Positions 23,027-33,889 of a DNA stretch of 64,000 nt are shown one piece after another. A program made the position numbers and the translations under genes. Position 1 is the stretch's first letter, and every line of letters begins with the position of its first letter. Origin of the DNA: Schmidtea nova (Eukaryota); the NCBI GenBank assembly GCA_044892505.1, contig CM097882.1, forward strand, positions 72,602,001 to 72,666,000, given 5' to 3'. The notes beneath the pieces were generated by a model that saw nothing but the letters and a program-made list of their open reading frames with translations, did not search any database and was not told the DNA's origin.

Positions 23027-23407
23027 ATGAACTCAGAATCATCGCAACAGAAGGAGATTGACAAGTTATGGAGGATCCGAAGGGCCCAAGATAAGGAATT
23101 GGCCCAAGTAAAGGCTCAATTATCTAAAACGGAAGCCCAATTAACATATCTACGCAAGAGTTGGTTCGCTCCTGCGCGGATGAAGGACCAGATCCATAAA
23201 ACAGACAGGGCTCAGAGAACCGCCGAGGATTACAAACTGGAGTGGGAGGCAACAAAGATTGAATTAAGAAAATGGCTACATTCCGTGATTACGACATATA
23301 TCGAGGAGGAACTAAAGTCGCAAATCCGGCCGGTGATGCTCGATTTGTACCGACGTCGAAGGGCTAATTGGAACAACAACGGAAAACTCACCACCGGTCA
23401 TAACTAG
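23027..23407 (+). CDS. Orphan 126-aa coiled-coil-like protein of element C
   Basis: ATG-started, GC-richer than flanks, heptad-like ELAQVKAQLSKTEAQL, basic tail LYRRRRANW. Confidence 0.55.
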   Translation: MNSESSQQKEIDKLWRIRRAQDKELAQVKAQLSKTEAQLTYLRKSWFAPARMKDQIHKTDRAQRTAEDYKLEWEATKIELRKWLHSVITTYIEEELKSQIRPVMLDLYRRRRANWNNNGKLTTGHN

Positions 23408-25111
23408 TGCTCTTCCGAACAATACATACCTTAAACGGAACCGGATAGGGCAAAGACGAAGGAGGCAGAAGAAGCTTTTCACCCAACGATTTCAGGCCCA
23501 AATAGACAAATTATCAAGTTTAACCGAACTGGAGTTGTTGTCCGAAATTTTCCCTCTTGAAGCAAATTTCACTCCTTTGTTGTAATCAATAAATCGTCTA
23601 CCAATTATACTGACATCTTTGTTGTTTCTTGTGTGAATTTTTAGTTAATTAAGATGAAAATAAATAAAACATAATAAATTGTAATCAGCACAGTCTTTGT
23701 AAAATTAAATAATAAATTCATAACGTGTAACAAATAAATTAAATAATTCATAAATAAAGTGTAAGTCCTCCTAGCGGCAGCATGAAGCCGTGAACATAAA
23801 TGGGGAATAGTTCTAGAGATAGAGCTTATCTGCCCATCATTGTTCAATCACCTTGCGCATCACCAAATTGGTTATCAAGGGAAATAATCAAGGGCGTTCG
23901 AGTGAGAATAGCAAATATTTGTGAATGGTCATGGACGGGAATCCCTAGCCACTATTAGAAATTTTCAATCTAACCCCTCTATGAACCCAGCACCACTTTT
24001 AAAGAAATTTCGTCCTCAAAATTGTTACAATTGATTTACACTATCAGGTTAGCATTTCTTTGTGCTTTTTGGATTCACAGAGTTATTTTCAAAAATATTG
24101 TATCACATTTGCTCGTCAATCTTATTGTCAGTACAAAGAATATGAATTGTCATTTTTAAAACAACACAAATGTCAATTTTTTGAATTTCAACATTAGAAA
24201 TCTGTACAGTATGAAATGTCTAAAAATATACTAAATTAATTTTATAATAACTATGGAAATAATAATACGTTGAAAACACTTTCAATTTTCGTAACTTTAC
24301 CTCAGCTAATTTAATTTTTTGAAAAGTTGAAGGGCTTCACCCTTAGTAACTTTTTATCATAAACTCAGACGATCCTAGTTGTTAAGTCAACTTTGCTCGT
24401 CTCATTATTTTCTACAACATATCAAAAAATAAAATTAATGGCAAAGGTTTTGACCACTTGCATCTATGAAAATTGGCAGAAAACGACCATAGTTTAATTG
24501 ACAAGTTTGTTCAGCTCGTCGTTCTCAAATGTTTGTTGATATTGTTTTGTTAGCCCTGTTTTTCAAAAAACTTCAAAATCGCTTCCAAATCTCATTAAAA
24601 TCGGTTGGTGCAAGAAACTTGCATTGTATCTTTACATACAACGCAGTTCTCGACGCATGTGACGCTAGCTCCAAACATCATATTGTAATGCATTTTAAGT
24701 AACTCCTCGATATTGATACCAGTGAAATGGTATACTTTATAAAATAACAATTCTGGGGTACAATAATCCAGACAACTTTTTATAGTTAGATACAGCTCTT
24801 GAATTTTTTGAAGGACTAGTTCGGGTAAATAAACAATAAATTAAAATAAAATAATCAAACTTTTACTTTTAGACATTTGCAAATTTTTACAATCAAGAAA
24901 TAATGATTAATACAAACAAAATTTTTTTAATTGATTATCATATTTATTTTATCAATGTTGGGTTATAGGGTTGTTGGTGAAGTTTACAAATTACCAATCA
25001 AATTTCTTATTCCGAATGCGTGCTTAATTAATCAATAGAATAACAATTACAACAGGAACCTTTATCGATATCACAACTGGTCTCACTATTACACTGGTAT
25101 ACTCAATCAAT

Positions 25112-26176
25112 TGTTGAGGATATCTAAATAACAAATTTATAAATAAACAAATCAAATTACCTGGGGGAAAATCGATATGACAAAGAAAACGGTCAATGGG
25201 AACACGAAAAAGGAAACGGTAATAAAAAGAAATGAAAGATGAGAAGTTGAGAACAAACAAAAGGGATCAAACAAGAAATCAAAAACAAAGGTCATTCCTA
25301 ATTAATTAATTAAGGAATTTTCAAAAGGAAAACAGAAACAAGTAGGAAAATAAAATTCTGACAGCTTGTCAAATAACAGGAATGCGGATAAAGGTCGGCT
25401 TAAAAAGGAAAAAGGAAAATCCAAAATAATCTAGACAGCTGTCATAGATAAAACAGGAATTGGGGAAAAACACGAGATGGCCGGGAATTAAAATGCAAAA
25501 AAACAAAATTATCTCTAGTGCCATAAAATTTGACGAGATATAAAAGGAGAGGCACAACAGAAGCAGTCAGAATTTTAGACAGAACGTTTAAGAATTGTAG
25601 AAAGAAGTTGTGGGAGAGAAAAATTGTGGTAGACAAGATTTAGTGGAGAATTTGAAATTGACAAAGAAAACGATTGAAACCTGAACCAGAGGTAAATTAA
25701 AATTTGACGTGGAAAATACGAAACGAGTTTGAAATACGAAAGGAGAAACTTGATATACAAAGAGAAATTTGTTGATTCAATCAGTTGCAGAAATAAAAAT
25801 TGTGTTGTAAAGACAAAGGAAGCCAAGCAGATGAGAAGTTAAAAGGCCAAAGAATATTGAGTAAAGAATAAAGTCAAAGCGCGTAAACAATCGAAATCAA
25901 TTACCTATATTTAATCCAAGTCAGTGGTTAGTAGTTGTTGTTTTCTAGACATTATACAATTGAGCTATTCTTCACGAAGTGTCGTAATAAGCTCGTATAA
26001 TTCTAGAAAGAGGTATTGAATTGAGCGTGATATTTTGAATCGTGTAAATCGTTGTAATAGTCAAATAAAGTTTGTGTTATTGAAAGTGTTATTGGGGGTC
26101 AAATAAAGACACGTTTGGGAATCAGATAGTTGATTGGTAACTTTTAACATTTCACCAACAACCCCAGAACCCAGCA
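25112..26176 (+). mobile_element. Solo-LTR-like family 1 copy
   Basis: TGTTGAGGATA...ACCCAGCA, TSD CAAT. Confidence 0.88.
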
Positions 26177-26201
26177 CAATAATCTGAGGCAATTTTATAG
26201 T

Positions 26202-27507
26202 TGTTAGAATATAGGCGTAGAATAGGAGTTTTAAAATAAAAATATTATACAGTGGGAAATGGAAGGTACAGAATAAATATACATGTGAATCGGATGGTAA
26301 TGACAATTCAATAATCAATGAAAAACATCAAATTCAATAACATTATGATTTTAGTGATTCTATATGATAATATTTTACTATTGATCGTTTTTTACTTCTG
26401 TTTTGTGATGATAAGGATTGTATATAAAAGACATTGATTGATTTTCATGATGGTATAATTATGATTATATTGAATATAATATTGATTTTATTTATAATTT
26501 ATGATAATTTCACTATTAACTCTTGACTTTTGTTAATGAATATATTAATTTTTATAATGATTAGTTAGAATGTAAAATCAATTATTTTATGTAATTTTAT
26601 GAAGGTTAATTGATTATATGATAATGATGATTTTAGGATGATGATTTTATTTTATAAAAAACATTTGATAAAAACAAACCAAACTTATAATAATAATCAT
26701 TACATTACTAACATAAACACATTTTCTTTTTAACAAAAAATTTTATAGATTTTTTAACATCAATTTGTTCAACTGTAAATATTTTAAACATTAATTATCA
26801 TATCTACTTCACTTCATATTTACTTCGCATTAGATGATATCAATTGAATTGTGTAGAATAACTTTACATCGCGTTTCATTCCATTTTTACTAGCATGTAA
26901 CAGTAAGATAATTAAAAGAATTCTACATCAATTAAAACAAAAAAAATAAAAAATAAAGAAACAGACAAATATAAACAAATTATTAGAAAATTAATATTAT
27001 AAATGATGTATAGGTATCAATCAGCTATATACTAATACCTTTTTAACCTCAGGGATGCTGGGAATAAAGATGACTCTAAAAATAGTCATTGTTGTTTGAA
27101 CTTTTAAAAATAGACAACTTTTACAAAAAACAAATGTTATTGACGTTTGATGACTTTTACTACTTGAATCAAGGACCACAAAAAATAACTATATAAACCA
27201 AGGTTTTCCTCAGTAGAACCACCCAAAAATTATTTGCTAAGAAGAATTTCAAATTTAGAAATTGATATCGCAATATAATTTCGAGCATACAAATTTACAT
27301 AACCGAGCTCAGGTTATATCAAATAGAGATATTTAACAGAGGAAACATACAAAAACAAAATAGACGTAACGATTATAACTTTTGTCTGAAAAGTGAATAT
27401 TTTATTGTGTATTCTATAATTGTTGTGAATCAATAAAATTTTAATAACCAGTCTTTGTGTTCTTATTTATATAGGAACCTTAAGTTGAGATTTTCGGAAC
27501 CTCAACA
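26202..27507. mobile_element. Solo-LTR-like family 2 copy
   Basis: TGTTAG...CCTCAACA, TSD TAGT; ends resemble 8705-9770. Confidence 0.75.
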
Positions 27508-29244
27508 TAGTGCTTATTACAACACTTATGTCAGGAATAGCACTCGTGTATATTCTTTGTCTAATGATCACCAACTACAGATTTAGATTTAACAATATGT
27601 AATTAACTAATTGTTTTCCTTGCTTTGACTTGAAATTTGGCTTACAAACCTTTCTCAATAATTAGTGTGTCAATAGATTTGTCAATATCAATTTCTCAAC
27701 CAATTTCTCTCGATAAGTTTCTCAACAAATTTTCTCAGTAAGGTTCTCTTGATAAGTTTAATTTCGTGTCACAAACCATCTCTTAAAATTTTTTGCAAAA
27801 AACTCTGTTATAAATTCGTGCCGCAAAATTTCTGTCTAAAACTGCTGTTTTACTCTTTTTATAGTTTGCCATTCTCTGGCACTTGTAAAGATTTGCTTTT
27901 TTCCTATTCGTGCCGCTTGCATTTCCCGTTTTCTTTTTAAACTCCCATGTTACTTATAGCAGTTTGGCACTTAAGAAATTGGCTTTTTTCACTTTTTATC
28001 TATGGCATTTCCCAAATGTTTTTTTCCCAGTTCCAGTGTTATCTCTGATAGCTGTCGAGATATCTGGTTTGTTATCGTTTTGTATTTTCGCTTTCGAATT
28101 TTCGAATTCCATTTTCCTTTCTGCACTTATTAATTATAAATGACATTTATTTGATTTTATTTTGTTACCCTTTCCTTATTTCTCAATTTTTTTGCTTTTT
28201 CGTTTTTTTTCTTCAAGTTTCACAATTCAAGCTCAATCAGCTATCGGGTTTCCCCCAAGTTATTCAAGTTATTTATAATATTATTTATTATTTAGGTATC
28301 TTCAGCATTAATAATATTTTTCACATAATTATTATATTCTAAAGTTTTATTTCCAAGCATAAAAACTTTACCACTTGAAAAATTTTTGACACACACTGAA
28401 TCAAATTTCTGTAGATATAATGCTAAGAATATTTCTTGTTCGAACTAGAAACGACATTTCTTTTGTAATTCATATAGAACAATACATTTTCCTACAGCAA
28501 CCATCACGGTGATTGGTTGAATCTCTAAATCTTTAATCTTGAAATTCAAATCACCTGGTTTTAAAGGTACTTACATTTCATTACCAAACACTTGAAAGAT
28601 AAACAGATTTACATCATTTTACTTAGTAATGCGTGTTCTCTTATTTATTTTAATACAAATGCTAGGAATTTTCTTGTATAATTTCAAATCTGATTTATTT
28701 ATAATTTAGTTATAATTTCTCAGCCGTTGTCAGATAATAATATATTTATTAAAAAAATATAAAAATTTAAGGTTTTTTTGCCCATATGTTCTATTTAAAT
28801 TTATCTTTCCAAATCTTAAAAAAGTAAAAGTTTTGGATTTGGATCATGATATAATTATTAGTGAAAATTATCATTATCTTTTAAATTTACCAAAATGACC
28901 AATGATAATACTCTTAAACAATGTGGATTATTAATAAATTATGATATTAAAACTTTTAATGATCTCTATTTTCAAGAAGAATAATTCATTACGACAATAC
29001 TGAAATTGCATGGATATTTCTTTGGCAATAAATTCATCTTCATTTAAAGAAATAAAAGTTGTAAATAATGAATTAGGTAAAATTACTCTTCCAATTAATA
29101 TTTCAAGAATGAATCTTTATTAAAATTTAACAAAAACTCTGGGAATACAGAGGCTAACATATACGTATGCAGAAATAGTCGGTGTAAAAATCCAAAAGAT
29201 TTTGCAAATCCATCAGCAAATGTTCATTTACAGCAACATTATCG

Positions 29245-29469
29245 AAAGCACAATAGTGCTATTCCACACGAAGTGTTGTAATAAGCGCTGTATAATTTCA
29301 TGTTGTGGTTTTGAATTGGACGTGTCATTGTAACTTGTGTCGACAACTGTGACAATCAATAAACGTTTATATTGTCTCAAAATTATTATTTTGTGGGATA
29401 AATAATGCACGCTTGGAGTCAGAGAATTAATTGATAAATTTTAAATTTCACCAACCCAAAAACTCAACA
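29245..29469 (+). mobile_element. 3' fragment of family 1 solo-LTR-like element
   Basis: GTGCTATTCC...GAAGTGTTGTAATAAGC...GCACGCTTGGAGTCAGAG...CTCAACA. Confidence 0.8.
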
Positions 29470-30081
29470 ATATTTATAAAATTATAAAAATGCAATCCAA
29501 GTGCATGACTGATAAAGACATACACCCACACTTTAAATATTACTTGGAATTTTGATGTTTATATTGATTTGCATTTAGTTTTTGTGATTTTTATTTTATT
29601 TCATGCTTGTTCGGATAAGCCTCAACACCAAATATTATTATAAAACGATTATGTATTAAAAATAAAGTTTTTAATTTATAAAATGATTCGAAATAAATTT
29701 GTAACACACACAGCATTATGAAACATTTTCTTGACAAATCTGTATATCCCTTACTCTTCACATTATCTTAAAGTTAAAACATGAAATATTAAGTGTAAAC
29801 AAGCCATCAAATATAACTATAAATTAATTAGGACAACATTAATTTTATCGCTGAATGCGAAATTTTTACGACGGGATTTCTTGGATTAGAAAATGAAAAT
29901 TGTAGAAAAAGTTACTTAATAAAAATATTATTTGAATTTATTTAAATTGGAAATCAATAATAAATAAATTTATATTAAACAGAAATAGTTTTAATAATGT
30001 ATCAAGATCATTTCTCGGATAATTATTTCAAAAAGATCTAATACCAATGTATCAAAATGGAAATGTCTATTTCAGTGGACC

Positions 30082-30620
30082 ATGACAGTCAGAGGAAATA
30101 TATATTTGGCAGCATTTCTGACAATGAATTTAGTGAGTTTTCGTTGTAAGGACTCCATTATTGCTATTCTTATTAGCTTTCTAGTGTTTTCTGTGTCAGG
30201 TAAATTAATTTTTTCCCCAAAATAAAAGACCCAATTTTATATAAACTTTCAGGTATTTATGTAAAATTATTGAATTTAAATTATTCATCGGATGCAATGT
30301 GTAAAGTCTTTGGTTATGATAGCTATGACAAAATTACATATTACTGCACTATACAAAAAATAGTATTTCAGCTTCCTCGTAGAAGAGATGACCAATTAAC
30401 AGATTTTGACAATCGATATATAATACGCAACCTAAGGGTTGTTCGTGAATATATATTAAGAGTTAGGCTAATGTTTTCTCCCTATGACATACCAATAAAA
30501 TGTGAAGTTATTATCAATGGGACTATGTATATCGATACTGGAGTTCTACCTACATCAAGTTTTATGATTTTTAATTTTTTATGTTCTAATATTTGCAAAT
30601 ATTCACCATTTTTCAGTTAA
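30082..30620 (+). CDS. Two-exon orphan secreted/membrane protein (exon 1 30082 or 30124-30199, intron 30200-30252, exon 2 30253-30620)
   Basis: Hydrophobic signal-like exon (SIIAILISFLVFSVS), 53-nt phase-1 GTAAAT...TTTCAG intron that joins in frame to the open 116-aa ORF. Confidence 0.55.
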
Positions 30621-30854
30621 TAAATCAAGTATATCAAAAGAAATCAAATACATTCTGCATTATAAATAATTAAAAGTTGCACTATGATATTTAAACAGCA
30701 CTATAATAATAAATCAAATACATTCTGCACTATAATAATAATAATTGTTATTGTTATTATTATTGAATTGAGCAAAGGCCACATCGATTAAACTTTTTAT
30801 TTTATCAGCAAACAATTCATCTGTCATACTGTCAAAGACATTACTGTTTAACCC

Positions 30855-30885
30855 AGTGTTTCTCAACCTGTGTGTCGCGAGATTT
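30855..30885 (+). mobile_element. Charlie/Buster-type hAT TIR fragment
   Basis: CAGTGTTTCTCAACCTGTGTGTCGCGA; no partner found. Confidence 0.5.
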
Positions 30886-31089
30886 TGCAAACATATTTAA
30901 AATTTCTAGTTTTTGAGATCTGAAATTATTTTGAAATTTTAAAATAAAGTATAGCAGAATGTTTCATATTATAAAATTTATAATATAATACATTTAGAAA
31001 CAAATTAATAAATTTATTAAATTAATAAATATAATATTTAAAATAATAAATTTAATATTTAAATTAATATTAATATTTAAATTAATGAA

Positions 31090-31400
31090 CTTTAACCATT
31101 GGAAATTCATTTTGTCCACACATTGCAATAACTTGTCAAGACCAAAGTCAAAATCATGTTTGCCATACACGGCCACATCGATATCAAATTCATTCAAGAT
31201 TTCTGGCATATGATCTCCTTGAATTGTTGTACTAATCATGGATGAACTTAAATAATCACCAGAAAACAGCGTTAATGATTCACAGTTCTTTCGAGATTCT
31301 CGAAGAGCAGTACAAAACCGAGCAACACCGGCTTTCGGCTAATTTGGATAACCTTCGACGTTGTAGACATCATTGAAATGTAATGCAATTAATTCTGAAG
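31090..31400 (-). pseudogene. 5'-nucleotidase-family metallophosphoesterase N-terminal fragment
   Basis: LIALHFNDVYNVE...N*PKAGVARF...LFSGDYLSSS...G.HM...LN...AVYGKHDFDFG...FQWL; in-frame TAG, GNHD motif altered to GKHD, truncated; upstream ORF 31389-31865 is in another frame. Confidence 0.8.
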
Positions 31401-31877
31401 ATTCATTGAAATTGTGTTAGAAATCACGTCAATGTCGTTTATTTTGCAATTGAATTTGATTCTTTCAATATTTTTATCTTTCATGTCGACAGCTGTTACA
31501 ATTGTTTTACGTGATAAATTTGTCCTCCATTGAATTGAGCGCAAACCAGATGCAGAAAAATCATCTAAACATTCTACAGGATTTTCAGACGAACTGCAAG
31601 GCGTGTTGAGAACCTCAAATACCAGTTCTCTATTCACAAATAACTTGTGATTGAAATATATATCAGCATTTTTAGGAGATTGATATTCACTATTCGATAA
31701 CATATTTGCATTATTGTCAGAATACGGCATTGTTTGATTTATTTTTAAAACTTCAAATTTAAATTTAAACTTTTTCAAAACACTCAGTAATTCTTTTGAA
31801 ATAATAACAAAATTCCAATTTCCAAAATTCAATCGAAAAGATTCGATTAAACAACGAGATATCAAAACTATTAATTA

Positions 31878-32151
31878 NNNNNNNNNNNNNNNNNNNNNNN
31901 NNNNNNNNNNNNNNNNNNNNNNNNNNNNNNNNNNNNNNNNNNNNNNNNNNNNNNNNNNNNNNNNNNNNNNNNNNNNNNNNNNNNNNNNNNNNNNNNNNNN
32001 NNNNNNNNNNNNNNNNNNNNNNNNNNNNNNNNNNNNNNNNNNNNNNNNNNNNNNNNNNNNNNNNNNNNNNNNNNNNNNNNNNNNNNNNNNNNNNNNNNNN
32101 NNNNNNNNNNNNNNNNNNNNNNNNNNNNNNNNNNNNNNNNNNNNNNNNNNN
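31878..32151. other. Assembly gap (N run)
   Basis: Ns. Confidence 1.
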
Positions 32152-32792
32152 GTGCATACTCGATTAATATAGTGCATTTAATTATTTTAGTGCTGTTTAA
32201 ATATTATAGTGCAACTTGTGATTAATTTCTAGTGCAACATTAAATACATTCCTATATCAAAATAGCGGTCGTTTGTGGATCATCGGTATTTAGCAAACGA
32301 GTTCTTTAACTACTTCGATTAAATTGAAATTTTCGTTTTTTGTGTGACTCATAGGCTTCAATGTTGTTAATTTAATTCGATTTTACTTTTGAGTTTGATA
32401 TGCTTGAAGGTTCAGTGAAGGAAGACAATCTCAAAAATGAAAGGATTCTGGAAGACTGAAAATAAAAAGCTAATAATAAAGTTATAATTATGATGAATAA
32501 TTATTATTTATAATCTAATAACACCAAATATATCTCACGTAAATGTCTAATACAGGAATTCCTCGATTAAGGTGATTAATTGGTTTCCTGAAAGTGCCAC
32601 TTTAATCGAAGTTAATAATCAATACAAAATATTGTAATGCGTCCAAAGACCTTAAAAATGTCTACCATTTTTTCAAAAAATACGTTTTTATGCCAGGATA
32701 ATAACCAGTAAACATACACTATATTAAATATTTATATAAATAGTAGATTATATTGTCAATTGTGAATTAATTGCATACCAATATGTGGTACG

Positions 32793-32793
<1 letters not shown>

Positions 32794-32864
<71 letters not shown>
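32794..32864. repeat. (TA)n(TG)n microsatellite
   Basis: Directly visible. Confidence 0.95.
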
Positions 32865-33889
32865 ACTAATGTCTAGTGCGCATTAGGCCTAGGCCTAGTT
32901 ATTGAACTTAGGCTTGCATTAATAGTATATAGGCTATGTTAACTTTAACTAGAGCTTTCAGATTCGAGTAATAAGAAACTTAGTTGCAGTTTGGTTTAGC
33001 ATAATTATTACAATTTTAAGTGCGCATTCATGAATTTCAATTATAGTTAACTTTCTTTTTAAAAAAACCTCACTAATTCAAATCTTTGATCAGCCCTAAT
33101 TGGGAATTGATAACTGATAAAATACCGTACTAAATCGAATTCTACCCTAATCGAGGGATTCCTGTAAATAAATTATATTTGAAATATTTATTAGTGTTTT
33201 AATATTGTAATGTAAATTACAATTTTTATGAATTTTTGAATTAAATTGATTTAATAATATATGGTAGAATAAATTTCAAATAATTATTTTATATTCAGCG
33301 ACACGAGGTAACAACATAATGCTGATAAGTATGTTAATTACATCTATAGTTATCTAACATTACTTATGTTAGATAACTTTATTTTAAAATTAAAAAAATA
33401 AATATATAAAAGAACACCTTTTTCTAAAATATATATTTGCAATATATTTCGACAGGTCAGCTGTCATTTTGAGCCAATTAAAAAGTTAAAATCGATCTTG
33501 TTAATACATTTATTGATGATTATGTAATCACATGTACAGTCTATTAAAACTTTTATTAATCCTAGTAAAAATATTTAAAATCTCTCAAAATTAACGCAGA
33601 TATTTTGTATATTTAAATTAGGATTAAATGATTTTATCGTCAAAATCTCGCAATTCAGACGTCCATCTTAATTTTTTAAACCACTAGAATATATTTTAAA
33701 ATTGAAAATGATATTCTTAAATGTTTTATTTTTCCCAATAACATTACTTTTTCTGCTCTTTATGGCATGCTGTTGAATTCGTCTATAGAGATTTCCGACA
33801 GTCGCTCTTATGTATTTATATTACACAAAAATGATAAATGAGATCAGAACGTTAACCAAATCGTACTACAGATTTATAACTTAACATGT

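Larger units (their letters stand above)
12498..23992 (+). mobile_element. Element C: 3.2-kb cargo-bearing element (TGTTGGG...CCCAGCA), interrupted by a gypsy insertion
   Basis: TSD CCAC at 12494-97 and 23993-96; removing it restores the flank of the 11432-12496 element; own sequence is 12498-13293 plus 21614-23992; no RT, integrase or transposase seen. Confidence 0.75.
24956..28307 (-). mobile_element. Solo-LTR-like family 1 copy (about 970 bp net) with two nested insertions
   Basis: Minus strand TGCTGAAGATACC start, ACCCAACA end; TSD TCAA/TTAA (1 mismatch); collinear with other copies after removing 25112-26176 and 26202-27507. Confidence 0.75.

Noticed and set aside
31765-32177. ORFs spanning N gaps (also 54224, 56633, 58666, 58756)
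   Set aside because: Artefacts of translating Ns.
33771-33885. 3' LTR of the 33.9-37.4 kb element
   Set aside because: Has TGTT...AACA ends but no similarity to the 37281-37367 LTR, no PPT and no TSD.
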